From contig BOLA01000001.1 of NCBI GenBank assembly GCA_016861265.1, forward strand, positions 267,569-331,568: DNA of 64,000 bases, read 5' to 3'. The notes under the pieces are model-generated. The model made no database searches. It was not told the DNA's origin and saw only the letters and a list, made by a program, of their open reading frames with translations. Numbering within the stretch: the stretch's first letter is position 1; every line of letters starts with the position of its first letter. A program made the position numbers and the translations under genes. Shown piece by piece: positions 1 through 9,598 of the stretch. The DNA is from Patescibacteria group bacterium (GTDB lineage Bacteria > Patescibacteriota > Dojkabacteria > J137).

Positions 1-1097
1 ATAATAACGCTACCCAAGAAGGTACCAATTCCCATTAATGTAACTAGCAACCCAATTCCGGTTGCTTTATATTGTTTTGGAATATATAGGGATAGCCAGG
101 CTTTTGTAATGTTTTCGTATACAGTAGCAAATACACCCCACAAGATAAATGTTGCTACTAACGAATATAAAGGAAGATTATATGCAAAAAGTCCATACAC
201 AACTGCAAATACGATAAGAGCCAAAATCATTGATTTCTTATGTCCCAACTTATCACTTAAGGCCCCAATAGGATTTGCAACAATTACATAACTTATGTTG
301 TAGATTATGTATAAAATAAGTACTGCAATGTCTATTGGGAAAGAGGTTCCGTAACCGTTATTAAGTTGAATTAATTCTTTTGCCCTTAATAGAAAAAAGA
401 AATCAGTTGAGTTTATAAACGAAACTAAAACAATTCCAAGAAGCAACTTTTTATAGTTACTACTAGAAAGTCTTAGAAAAGATTTGAATGAAATTCTTTT
501 TTTCTTTTCTAATACTAAATCCTTACTATCTAATTTACTGCTTTTAACAAGGAATGTAAGAAATACAACAATAAAACCGGGAATTGCAGTATATATAAAT
601 AAATTAGTGTAGTTATAGTTACTTGCTGTTAGGAATACCAATGCCATAATAGGTGCAATGGCACCACCTAAGGTATCAAGAGACCTATGAAAGCTGAACA
701 CCTTTGCTCTGTCTTCTTCCTTAGATTCCGCAATTAGAATTGCATCTCTTGGAGCAGTTCTTATTCCTTTGGAGAACCTATCTGCAATTCTTGAAGCTAA
801 TATTAAAGGGAAGGCCTGAGTCAAACCCATTATGGGCTTCGATAATGCCGATATTCCATATCCTATTTTTATGAATATTGCCTTTTTTCCTAATTTATCT
901 GAAAAAAATCCAAAGAAAACTTTACTTACACTTGAGACCAGCTCTGCGAAGCCTTCGATTGAACCTATGGCTGCGTAACCTAAACCTATACTGGATAAAT
1001 ATAGTGGCAGTATTGGGTAAATAATCTCGCTTGCCAGATCGTTAAAGAAGCTAATAAGAGAAAGTAATAGAATATTTTTTGTTACGTATCGTTTCAA
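1..1097 (-). CDS. MFS transporter, 3' end cut by window edge (N-terminus near 1080-1097, possibly TTG start)
   Basis: Minus-strand translation is continuous from about 1097 to the window edge with multiple TM segments; it carries the MFS loop motif DRFSKGIRTAPRDA; no stop in window, hence absent from the ORF track. Confidence 0.65.
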   Translation of the reverse strand, partial: MKRYVTKNILLLSLISFFNDLASEIIYPILPLYLSSIGLGYAAIGSIEGFAELVSSVSKVFFGFFSDKLGKKAIFIKIGYGISALSKPIMGLTQAFPLILASRIADRFSKGIRTAPRDAILIAESKEEDRAKVFSFHRSLDTLGGAIAPIMALVFLTASNYNYTNLFIYTAIPGFIVVFLTFLVKSSKLDSKDLVLEKKKRISFKSFLRLSSSNYKKLLLGIVLVSFINSTDFFFLLRAKELIQLNNGYGTSFPIDIAVLILYIIYNISYVIVANPIGALSDKLGHKKSMILALIVFAVVYGLFAYNLPLYSLVATFILWGVFATVYENITKAWLSLYIPKQYKATGIGLLVTLMGIGTFLGSVI

Positions 1098-2416
1098 TTT
1101 GAAGAACTAATTAATACAAAATTTTTTCCCGCGGATACTTCTGTAATATTAATATCGGGCAAAGTCCTTATTGGATCCGGTGTATAGATCTGACTTAAAT
1201 TTGAACTTATTATTCCAGAGTTATTTTCTCCGAAAAGATGAAGTTCTCCATTTTTACTAAGTGTGGCAGAATAATCGTGAGATGCAAATACATGTTCAAC
1301 ATTTTTTAGCTTTAATAATGTTGGCTTGTCTACTTTCTCGGAAGTGCTTCCAATTCCTAGATCGCCCCGCAGGTTATAGCCCCAACCATAAACCTGCCCA
1401 AGGGAATTTAGTGCTAATGAATGCCTATAACCTGCGGACACTTCTACAATATTTTTTAATTCAGGAATTCTATATGGCTTCATATGGTCAGCTGTTGTTG
1501 AAACCTGCATGTATAGGTTACAACCCAAAGCCCACACATCACCTTTTGTATCGACTGCTAATGTATGCCCCCAACCCGCAGATATTTCCTTTATTGCCGA
1601 TAGACCCTCAATTTTAATCGGCGTTTTGGAGGAAAACCCTATAACTTCCTGGTTAGCACAGTAGGAATTGTAATCTTCTGTTTGATTGTTAATGTCGTTA
1701 CCCGAAGACGATGATGACGTAGGATCGTAGTAGCCCCCGATTCCAGGAACAGTTTTTGGGGAATTTAACCATGCATCAGCAGCTTTTTTACGTTCTTCAG
1801 AACAAGATCCACCCCAACCCCATACATTTCCGTACCTATCTAAGGCCAATGCAAATTTATAGCCTGCACTAATTTTTGTAATATCTCTTAACCCTTCAAT
1901 TTTTAAAGCATAAATACTGGAAGTATTATCACCTTTTCCTAGTTGCCCTGTTAAGTTATTACCCCATGCCCAGACTTGTCCATTCGAGTCTAAGGCAATT
2001 GAATAATCTGAACCGGCCGAAATATCTATAATATTATCCAGACTACTTCCTTCGGATTTTTCTACTGTCCTTTGTGTCTGTTCACCTTCTATACCATTCA
2101 AGCCATATTGCAAAACTTCTCCGTTAGAAGTTAAGAATATGGAGTGTTTATTTCCGGTCTCAAACTTAATTACATTGCTTACCCCCAAGTTCTGAAGCCC
2201 TACAGGAGATTTTAAAAAGTTATTCTTACCCAATTGCCCTGCGAAGTTGCTTCCAAAGCCAAAAATATTACCCTGTAAGGTATAGCTAGAAGGCAGGTTA
2301 ATACCTGGCTTCGGAATCTGAACCAGATTATTCAAGCCAAGGTAAACAATACTAACTATTACAATTATTCCAAGAACAATAAGTAAGTTTTGCCTTAGGT
2401 TATTGTTTTTAGACAT
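1094..2416 (-). CDS. RCC1-repeat (beta-propeller) protein with N-terminal membrane anchor
   Basis: Repeated RCC1-like blades (VWAWGNNLTGQLGKG, VWGWGGS, VYGWGYNLRGDLGIG, HLFGENNSG) and an N-terminal hydrophobic helix. Confidence 0.8.
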   Translation of the reverse strand: MSKNNNLRQNLLIVLGIIVIVSIVYLGLNNLVQIPKPGINLPSSYTLQGNIFGFGSNFAGQLGKNNFLKSPVGLQNLGVSNVIKFETGNKHSIFLTSNGEVLQYGLNGIEGEQTQRTVEKSEGSSLDNIIDISAGSDYSIALDSNGQVWAWGNNLTGQLGKGDNTSSIYALKIEGLRDITKISAGYKFALALDRYGNVWGWGGSCSEERKKAADAWLNSPKTVPGIGGYYDPTSSSSSGNDINNQTEDYNSYCANQEVIGFSSKTPIKIEGLSAIKEISAGWGHTLAVDTKGDVWALGCNLYMQVSTTADHMKPYRIPELKNIVEVSAGYRHSLALNSLGQVYGWGYNLRGDLGIGSTSEKVDKPTLLKLKNVEHVFASHDYSATLSKNGELHLFGENNSGIISSNLSQIYTPDPIRTLPDINITEVSAGKNFVLISSSN

Positions 2417-2417
2417 A

Positions 2418-3230
2418 TTACAGTGAATCTCCTGTCTGAAGATAAATACTTAGTGCCATTAATCCGTATTCTAATCGAACAAATACATTTGATAATGTGT
2501 CCCTTAATCTATCGTCCCTATTAGTTACAGCATCTGAAAACAAATGCAGAGCCAAAGTATATTCAGTTAGAGAAGTTACAATACTCTGCTCATCTTTACC
2601 TGCTAACCCTAGCTGCTCAAGCATATGTTTGAATCTGTTATAAGAAGCAGTAAGTGCCTCATTGGAGAATAGATCTTCACCAGGATCGGATACAACAAAT
2701 AATCCAAACAAGATAGCAACATTTGCAGGATTGCCCTCAAATGTTTCAATTAAATATTTAAGATTTATAGTTTCCTGGGTAAAGGATTGCAGTGATGTGT
2801 TCAGATCTCTTGCTGTTTGAAAATCTGCCTGTTCGCCCTCGCTTTTAGCTTTTTCTATTAATTCCATTGTAGGGAATCTTCTGATATCAACCGTATGTGA
2901 AGCTATACCGGTATTGTTAAACTTTCTTAAGACTTCTTTGTCTAATTGTTCCTGATTATCAACAATAAAAGTTCTAATACTGTTTAAGAAATTTAGAATT
3001 AATATTCTAAAATTTTCAAATACGACTTCGGGAGCATCGTTAAAATACAAATCGAACCTTTCAGGGCCAAGTCTTAGTTGATGAGATCCACCTAACTTAA
3101 ATAGGTAATCCATTACTTCATCTCTATTAAATTGAAAATTTGTATAGTAGTCAACTAATCTATCAAGAGTTCCAATAGCGGTTTCAAGTAGTTCTTTTTT
3201 TTCTTCGTCGGGAAGATCCAGAGGTGCCAT
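2418..3230 (-). CDS. hypothetical protein
   Basis: 270-aa ORF, co-directional and nearly abutting neighbours; no recognisable motif. Confidence 0.4.
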   Translation of the reverse strand: MAPLDLPDEEKKELLETAIGTLDRLVDYYTNFQFNRDEVMDYLFKLGGSHQLRLGPERFDLYFNDAPEVVFENFRILILNFLNSIRTFIVDNQEQLDKEVLRKFNNTGIASHTVDIRRFPTMELIEKAKSEGEQADFQTARDLNTSLQSFTQETINLKYLIETFEGNPANVAILFGLFVVSDPGEDLFSNEALTASYNRFKHMLEQLGLAGKDEQSIVTSLTEYTLALHLFSDAVTNRDDRLRDTLSNVFVRLEYGLMALSIYLQTGDSL

Positions 3231-3277
3231 CTAGCAACATTTAATAAATAACTAGACTATGATAACTCGTTACCTAT

Positions 3278-3640
3278 TTATGCTGCAACCCTTTCACCAG
3301 AAGTTGGTGTTGTATGAGTAGTATTTTGGCAAAGAATGAATAGATTTTCTCCGTAGAAACAAGCTTTAATACTAATGCTTCTTCCTAAGATTTGAACTTC
3401 TTGAAAAGGTGCATATGTAAAGCTAAGCGGATCAGTTTGAATTTCAATAGCCAATTGTTCATCTCCAGCTACAAGCGCATGTCTACCTTCTGGAGTCGAA
3501 GCTCGTATAAAGGTTATAGGCAGGTCTTCCTGTCCTTCTAAGTAAAACTCCACAGTATCTGAATCTGCAAGTTCTACAACCTGACTAATTGCCTTTTCTC
3601 CCTTAAAAATGTGTGTGTCTAATTTCGGTTCTATATTCAT
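3278..3640 (-). CDS. hypothetical protein
   Basis: 120-aa ORF; no recognisable motif. Confidence 0.35.
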   Translation of the reverse strand: MNIEPKLDTHIFKGEKAISQVVELADSDTVEFYLEGQEDLPITFIRASTPEGRHALVAGDEQLAIEIQTDPLSFTYAPFQEVQILGRSISIKACFYGENLFILCQNTTHTTPTSGERVAA

Positions 3641-3670
3641 ATACCCTATAATAACATTTTAAATAAGATA

Positions 3671-3690
3671 TAGTCAAACAAAACTGACTA
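3671..3690. promoter_or_regulatory. Palindrome TAGTCA-N8-TGACTA in divergent promoter region (candidate operator)
   Basis: Perfect 6-bp inverted arms between the divergent genes 3278-3640(-) and the MFS transporter 3789-5084(+). Confidence 0.3.
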
Positions 3691-3788
3691 GATTTATGCT
3701 ACCTGTAAAGCGAATACTATTCAAACTTAAATAGTGTCAGCATTTATAAATACTGTAAGTCTTTGCTGTTTTTTGATAATCTATTTTT

Positions 3789-5084
3789 ATGTCCAGTGTA
3801 ACTACAGAAACAAGTAATGAGCTTATTACAAACCCCAAGGGTTTTAGATTCGGCTTAAGTCTAAGCGGATCAAATTTTAGACTATTTTATTACTGTATAA
3901 CAGTTCTGTTTGTGTATTTGGCGGATTCAATTATGTCTTATACTACACCCAGTTATCTTGAGGATAACCTTTCGAGCACTGCACTTATGGGAATTGTCTT
4001 TGCAACATCATCACTTGTAGGTTTTATTGTGGATTTTTTACTTGGAGAAGTATTCCAGAATAAAAATTATAAGTTCTTTTTAAAGTGGAGCATACTTTTT
4101 GCAATTGGCTTTCCACTTGGTTATTTACTGTTCCCTGCCCACATTATTACATTATTAGTGGGACTAGCCATCTGGGGAATTTACTACGAATTCATTTCTT
4201 TTTCTAATTCACAATACATAATAGAAAAGACAGAAAGACATAATCACGAAACTGCCTGGGGAATTATGTACTTTTTTAGAGCAATATCTCTTACTATTGG
4301 TCCTATTATTGCTGCAGCACTAATTGATATATCTTACGAGTCCACATTCTTGGCCGCATTAGGCTTTTTGGCAATTGCAATTTTTTTATACTTTTTTGAC
4401 CCCGAAAGAAAAAGAAAAGCAATAAAAAAACCAGAACCTGAAATAATAAAGGTATCGGTTGTACAGGAATTAAAAGTATGGAGTATTTTTTCAAAAAGAC
4501 TATGGCTATTATTATTATTTTGTTTTGGCATTGTTTTTATAGATGCAGCATTTTGGAGTGTGGGGACATTATTATCCGAAGATTTGCATGCTCAAAATGG
4601 AGGTATTCCTGGACTACTTTTAGTATTGTATAGCTTGCCTATGTTCTTTATGGGATTCTTCGCAAAAAGAGTTGCGATGCCGTTTGGCAAGAAAAAAGCC
4701 GCATTCGTAACGGCATTAATAGGGTCTATATTCTTAATTCTAGTAGGTTTTACTACTGACTACGGTTTAATTAGTTTATTTGTATTTATATTTGCCTGTT
4801 TCTTTGCAATTGCAAGCCCTGAAATAAAAGGTGTTTTTGCGGATTACGACAGTAGAATGAATAGATCAAGAAATAGCTTAATAGGTCTTGAATCGGGTAT
4901 TTATAGTGCTGGATATGTTATTGGTCCTATTGTCTGTGGATTCTTAACCGACAAATTCGGACTTCGAGAAACTTTTTCTATAATTGGTATTGGAATGATT
5001 CTAATAATAATCCTTTGCCTAATTTTTGTTCCAAGAAAACTGAAGATGCCTAGATCGGAACTTGAGTTGTTAGACATGGATTAA
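3789..5084 (+). CDS. MFS-type transporter (about 12 TM)
   Basis: 431 aa, about 12 hydrophobic helices, typical MFS topology. Confidence 0.65.
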   Translation: MSSVTTETSNELITNPKGFRFGLSLSGSNFRLFYYCITVLFVYLADSIMSYTTPSYLEDNLSSTALMGIVFATSSLVGFIVDFLLGEVFQNKNYKFFLKWSILFAIGFPLGYLLFPAHIITLLVGLAIWGIYYEFISFSNSQYIIEKTERHNHETAWGIMYFFRAISLTIGPIIAAALIDISYESTFLAALGFLAIAIFLYFFDPERKRKAIKKPEPEIIKVSVVQELKVWSIFSKRLWLLLLFCFGIVFIDAAFWSVGTLLSEDLHAQNGGIPGLLLVLYSLPMFFMGFFAKRVAMPFGKKKAAFVTALIGSIFLILVGFTTDYGLISLFVFIFACFFAIASPEIKGVFADYDSRMNRSRNSLIGLESGIYSAGYVIGPIVCGFLTDKFGLRETFSIIGIGMILIIILCLIFVPRKLKMPRSELELLDMD

Positions 5085-5095
5085 AGTTTATTACC

Positions 5096-5116
5096 GGATG
5101 CTTGGAGTAAGCATCC
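5096..5116. terminator. Hairpin between convergent genes (weak bidirectional terminator)
   Basis: GGATGCTT-ggagt-AAGCATCC 8-bp stem; flanking T-tracts are weak. Confidence 0.3.
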
Positions 5117-5136
5117 AGTAACGTGCGACTTAAAAT

Positions 5137-5352
5137 TTATGGGCTGTAGTTAAGATACAATCTTCTCATTGCCCAGTAAACAATAAGCGCATAAAACACC
5201 CAACAAGCCCACATAAAGTCCCATTGAGTTAACAGATGAAGAAGAAAAAGGAATCCTCCCAACCCCGCAAGCAGTAGATGGACAAAGATTGCACCTGGTC
5301 TTCCTTCTGAATCCGCCTCATTCTGAGGCAAGTTGTCTGAATTCATATTCAC
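5137..5352 (-). CDS. small membrane protein, hypothetical
   Basis: 71 aa with two hydrophobic helices. Confidence 0.35.
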   Translation of the reverse strand: MNMNSDNLPQNEADSEGRPGAIFVHLLLAGLGGFLFLLHLLTQWDFMWACWVFYALIVYWAMRRLYLNYSP

Positions 5353-5489
5353 CTCCTATTACAGACAAAAGATTATAACCCAATTGTGACTGTTGTTACA
5401 ATATGGAAACAGATTGTATAAATTACAGATTTTACATTTTCTTTACATTACAAGGCTATAATTACACTATTATTATTTAAGCTAGTAAT

Positions 5490-5738
5490 ATGAATCAAGA
5501 CTTAGCACAAATTCTTACAAACATAGATGCAATGATTAACTCTCTACGAGTAGACCCAACCAAGGTGAATAACTCACAGGTAGACGAAATCAAGAAGCTA
5601 AGAGATCAAATGGAAAGTAGACTTGAAAGCTATAATTCAACTCTGGCAAAAGCCAATGAAGATGTAAGAAAGGATCTTGATAGTTTATCTCGTCAAATTC
5701 AGCAGAGAATTTCGTATCTACTTCAACCTCAACAATGA
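5490..5738 (+). CDS. small coiled-coil protein, hypothetical
   Basis: 82 aa, heptad-like charged repeats. Confidence 0.35.
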   Translation: MNQDLAQILTNIDAMINSLRVDPTKVNNSQVDEIKKLRDQMESRLESYNSTLAKANEDVRKDLDSLSRQIQQRISYLLQPQQ

Positions 5739-6106
5739 TCACTGCTCTACCCAAAGAGTTTTATTCAAGAGAATCTCCCGATGTGGCAAAGGAACTTCTG
5801 AGTTGAACTTGCTTATCGGTAGATGAAAACTTGTGTTTTTTGCTAATCTTCTCAGGCTTCTGTCGATGCCTGGAAGAAGGTTTTAATGAGCATTCTTCCT
5901 GAAAAAACGAATGCCCCCTGAGTTAAACTACAGAAGAACACTCCTCCTTTCTATTGATAACTTGACAGATAAAGGATTTTAGCGCTACCAAAGTATATTG
6001 TCAATATATTTAAGTGACACATATTTTAATAGATTTTTACACTAATATTATTCGTATTTAACATTGTGTAGTAATAATGATGACTATTAAATATTAATAA
6101 TGGTTT

Positions 6107-6283
6107 ATGGCTAAGTACGGTAAGAAAACTCAAAATAAAGTAAAAAAGGTTATGAAGGAATATAAAAAAGGTAAGCTCAAGATTGGAAAAAGTAATAAGA
6201 AAGTTACAAACAGAAAGCAAACAGTAGCAATAGGGTTATCTGAGGCAAGAAAGGAAGGCGCTAAAGTTCCAAAAAGAAAATAA
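6107..6283 (+). CDS. small basic protein (58 aa), DUF6496-like
   Basis: ATG 6107 to TAA 6281-6283; MAKYGKKTQNKVKKVMKEYKKGKLK...VAIGLSEARKEGAKVP resembles a widespread small-protein family; below the 60-aa cutoff of the ORF track. Confidence 0.5.
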   Translation: MAKYGKKTQNKVKKVMKEYKKGKLKIGKSNKKVTNRKQTVAIGLSEARKEGAKVPKRK

Positions 6284-6286
6284 ACG

Positions 6287-6943
6287 CTACTCTACAAGAT
6301 AGGCTTTAACTACTAGTCTGTTTTCGGAACTATATAAAGGGGTGCAAGTATATATGGTTATCTCGTGAGCGTAATCAGAGTTGTCACGGATTTCAATTTG
6401 ATCTGCCGTGACTTCGAATACGCTATATATTTTATAGATAAGAACTTTCTGATTCCAGATTACCATTATATTGTCTCCTTCTTGCATTTGGTCTAAATTA
6501 TAGAAAGTATTGGTATTTGGAGGCAAGTACTGAAACCTATGACCTGCAATTACCATGTTGCCTGGCAGTTCAGGATTCGAAGTAAATGGCTCCCGCCAAA
6601 CTCCTTCTTTTACACTCAATATATCCAATGTTTCTGATTCAAGAATTTCGCTGTCGACATCTATTTTGGGTATAACCAGTCTGTTCTCAGTAGGGATTGG
6701 CTTCTGATTCTCAGAAGTTTTTATTTCATCCTTAAGTTGAGCATAGGAGACAGGGTAATCAAATTTATTAGGATCAATTCTTTTGAAGGCATAGTTTACC
6801 CGGGGCCATAGGGGCATAATCAAAGCGATTACACAAACAAAAATTACAACGCTAAAGAAGCCTAGTACTAGTTTTAACTTTAAGGGTAATTGTTTTAGAA
6901 CTTTTAACTTATCTTTTATTTTATTTAATTCTATTTTTTGCAT
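6287..6943 (-). CDS. sortase family transpeptidase
   Basis: N-terminal TM, conserved His (VIAGHR), TLxTC-type Cys motif (ITIYTCTPL) and downstream Arg (RLVVKAY). Confidence 0.75.
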   Translation of the reverse strand: MQKIELNKIKDKLKVLKQLPLKLKLVLGFFSVVIFVCVIALIMPLWPRVNYAFKRIDPNKFDYPVSYAQLKDEIKTSENQKPIPTENRLVIPKIDVDSEILESETLDILSVKEGVWREPFTSNPELPGNMVIAGHRFQYLPPNTNTFYNLDQMQEGDNIMVIWNQKVLIYKIYSVFEVTADQIEIRDNSDYAHEITIYTCTPLYSSENRLVVKAYLVE

Positions 6944-7037
6944 TAATGCATACTAAGACCTTTTTATATTAATATATTTTTTATTAATTTTGAAATTGAT
7001 AGTTGTATAATTATTTATAGATATTAATTTTATTTTT

Positions 7038-7238
7038 ATGGATAGTTCTAAAAAGATTTATAGATCTGAAAAAGACAAGGTTATTGCAGGAGTATGCGCA
7101 GGACTAGCAGAATACCTAAATGTAGATGTTACATTAGTAAGATTAGTTTTCTTAGCGGGGGCGTTTTTAGGATTTAGTAGCACTATTTGGATTTATCTTG
7201 CAATGTGGCTTATTGTACCTGTGGAACCTTCAAAATAA
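7038..7238 (+). CDS. PspC-domain membrane protein
   Basis: KIYRSEKDKVIAGVCAGLAEYLNVDVTLVRLVF is the canonical PspC domain, followed by a TM helix. Confidence 0.8.
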   Translation: MDSSKKIYRSEKDKVIAGVCAGLAEYLNVDVTLVRLVFLAGAFLGFSSTIWIYLAMWLIVPVEPSK

Positions 7239-7241
7239 TAC

Positions 7242-7272
7242 GGAGCCGTATATTCGGCTCCTTTAAATTATT
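7242..7272 (+). terminator. rho-independent terminator
   Basis: GGAGCCG-tatatt-CGGCTCC followed by TTTAAATTATT. Confidence 0.55.
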
Positions 7273-7275
7273 CTA

Positions 7276-8067
7276 ATGATTGAATTAGACAAAAACATTT
7301 CAAGATATTCATCTTCTGATTTTATATTTCTATCCTTTCCTAAATCCGGAAGAACATGGATACGATATTTTATTGCAAAGTATATTGAATTAGAATTTCA
7401 GGAAGAGTTCACACTCGAAATAGAGGAAATTAATAATATTCCTAGAATAATATTTAGTCACAATTATTTTGACACTAAACAAGATATAGAAGAAGAGCCA
7501 GAAATTATTTTACAAAATCTTTTAAAACAAAAAGAGATTTTTATAGTTGTAAGGGACCCGAGGGACGTAGCAGTTTCGTATTATCATCAAAAGGTTAACA
7601 GGGAAGAAAGGCTAAAGGAAATGGACATCAATGAATTTGTATTCTCGCCCATTTATGGAATTGAACGCCAAGCTAAATTTGTTCTAAAACTTTTAGACTT
7701 AAGAAAAGAGCATACGGGAAGTAAATTAGTAGTCTACGAGAATTTATTAAGACAACCAGAAACTTACTTTTACAGAATGATAAACGGGATTTTCAAGGAG
7801 GTTAACAGTACAAATTTCTACAAAGCACTAAACGAATCCACTTTTGAAAAAATGAAGGAGTACGAATTAATGATTTCTAAACAGGGAGTAGGCGACTTCT
7901 CAAGAATTGGAAAGAAGCACTGGAACGGAGATAATAATTCGTTAAAAGTAAGAAAGGGAAAGTTGAATTCTTACCTAAGTGAACTAACTCCAGAGACGGT
8001 AGAGAAACTTAATAAATTACCGTTTACATCTCAATTAATTTACGAATTGGAAAATATTAGGTATTAA
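7276..8067 (+). CDS. sulfotransferase family protein
   Basis: PKSGRTW (5'-PSB P-loop-like) and RDPRDVAVSYYH (3'-PB) motifs. Confidence 0.7.
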   Translation: MIELDKNISRYSSSDFIFLSFPKSGRTWIRYFIAKYIELEFQEEFTLEIEEINNIPRIIFSHNYFDTKQDIEEEPEIILQNLLKQKEIFIVVRDPRDVAVSYYHQKVNREERLKEMDINEFVFSPIYGIERQAKFVLKLLDLRKEHTGSKLVVYENLLRQPETYFYRMINGIFKEVNSTNFYKALNESTFEKMKEYELMISKQGVGDFSRIGKKHWNGDNNSLKVRKGKLNSYLSELTPETVEKLNKLPFTSQLIYELENIRY

Positions 8068-9506
8068 ATACTTTCTAGATCTAATTCCTGGTTAATTTTA
8101 ATCTGGGAGACGAATTCTTCGTTGTGGCTAACGATAATTAGTACACCCTTGTATTGATCTATTGCCTTAGCAATTACAGGTAAATGTCTAAAGTTAATGT
8201 GGTTACTTGGCTCGTCCATAATCAATATTCCAGGTTCCTGGAGCATGAATCTGGCATAGCATAAAAGGCCTTTTTGTCCGTCGGACAATGATTCCACTTT
8301 ATTTTCAAGCATTTCCCCACTAAGCATGAATCGACCTGCTGCTGCATACATCTTACTCTTATCCATTTCGGGCATTACTGCTAGTAATGCATTAAAGGCG
8401 GTATCATTAAAGTCCAATTCCGAAAAATCTTGACTGTAATAGCCGATTCGTACACCATCTGCGATTTTTACACCTTTCTTATCAAGAAAAGATTTTAATA
8501 ATGTACTTTTACCTATTCCATTTGGACCCTTTATTATTAATCTATCTCCTCTAAATAAATGATAATCAACTTGTTTTGTTATTGGTTTCCCATCTTTAAG
8601 CACCTCTACAGCGTTAATAGTCATAACTTCTCCCGGACAATGCTGCGCAGGTATCTCAAAGGATGGAATTGTTTTGTCTTCCTTTCGAACATCCACCATT
8701 TTCTCTCTGTCTTCTTCAATATCTGTTCTAACTTTGTTTGCAAGCTTTCGCATAGCAACACTTTTACCACCCAACTTATTTACTTTCTCGAATCGGTCTT
8801 TAATACTCTTCTCTATTCTTGCGTTTAATAATCTTTGTCTTTCTATCTCTGCGGCTATTTGTTGAACAACATCGTAATAGTTACCTACAAATTGATCTAC
8901 TTTTTTTGTATGAACATCTAGATTTAAAACTCCATCCGTAAAACTATTTAGAAAGTCAGCATCGTGAGAAATAACAATAACGGTTTTTGTATACTCCATT
9001 AAGAATAGTATTAGGTGACTTATTCCAACAATGTCTAAATTGTTTGTAGGTTCATCTAATAATAGTATGTCTGGGTTTTGTATTAATGCATATGCAAGTA
9101 ATAATCTGGACTTTTGCCCGCCTGATAAGTCTTTTACCAATTTAGTTACTGGAACTTCCAGATGTACAGCTTCTAAAACTTCATGTATTTTTTTATCAAT
9201 ATTAAAATTTGTATTATCGAAAGCACTCTCGAAGTATTGCTTGATTGTTAAATCTAGTTTGTGTCTTGGAACCATTTGCTCTGCAATTCCAATTTTAAGA
9301 TTCTGGTTAATAAAGATGTTACCTTTATCGGGTTTTAGAGTACCCATTATCATTTTAAAAATTGTACTTTTACCTGCGCCATTCTGTCCCATTATTGTAA
9401 TCTTGGAATTTTTTCGTACGGAAAAAGAGCTATCTTTTAAGATAACTTTATCACCATAACTAAAACTCACATTGTCAAATCTTATTACTACATCTTTTTG
9501 TTCCAT
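8064..9506 (-). CDS. ABC-F family ATPase (tandem ABC domains, no TMD)
   Basis: Two Walker A (GQNGAGKST, GPNGIGKST), two signature motifs (LSGGQKSRL, LSDGQKGLL), two Walker B (LLLDEPTN, LIMDEPSN). Confidence 0.85.
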   Translation of the reverse strand: MEQKDVVIRFDNVSFSYGDKVILKDSSFSVRKNSKITIMGQNGAGKSTIFKMIMGTLKPDKGNIFINQNLKIGIAEQMVPRHKLDLTIKQYFESAFDNTNFNIDKKIHEVLEAVHLEVPVTKLVKDLSGGQKSRLLLAYALIQNPDILLLDEPTNNLDIVGISHLILFLMEYTKTVIVISHDADFLNSFTDGVLNLDVHTKKVDQFVGNYYDVVQQIAAEIERQRLLNARIEKSIKDRFEKVNKLGGKSVAMRKLANKVRTDIEEDREKMVDVRKEDKTIPSFEIPAQHCPGEVMTINAVEVLKDGKPITKQVDYHLFRGDRLIIKGPNGIGKSTLLKSFLDKKGVKIADGVRIGYYSQDFSELDFNDTAFNALLAVMPEMDKSKMYAAAGRFMLSGEMLENKVESLSDGQKGLLCYARFMLQEPGILIMDEPSNHINFRHLPVIAKAIDQYKGVLIIVSHNEEFVSQIKINQELDLESI

Positions 9507-9572
9507 ATTTTTTATACTAACGGCTTATGGATAATATACTAAAACTTATTAATATTCCATATCTTAATTTGT

Positions 9573-9593
9573 CCTGCCCCATCACGGGGCAGG
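9573..9593 (-). terminator. GC-rich hairpin 3 nt after the stop of 9599-10792
   Basis: CCTGCCCC-atcac-GGGGCAGG perfect 8-bp stem. Confidence 0.5.
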
Positions 9594-9598
9594 ATTAT

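Noticed and set aside
109-291. 60-aa plus-strand ORF at the window start
   Set aside because: Antisense to the partial MFS transporter frame, which has clear TM helices and the DRxxKG motif.
1261-1617. 118-aa plus-strand ORF inside the RCC1-repeat gene
   Set aside because: Lies entirely within the well-supported 1094-2416 minus-strand gene; no motif; an alternative-frame artefact.
4306-4531. Two minus-strand ORFs (62 and 65 aa) inside the MFS transporter gene
   Set aside because: Antisense to a strong membrane-protein frame; low-complexity K/F-rich translation.
8559-9459. Plus-strand ORFs 8559-8828, 8674-8865 and 9031-9459 inside the ABC-F gene
   Set aside because: Antisense to the ABC-F frame, which carries all ATPase motifs; Cys/Phe/Ser-rich low-complexity translations.
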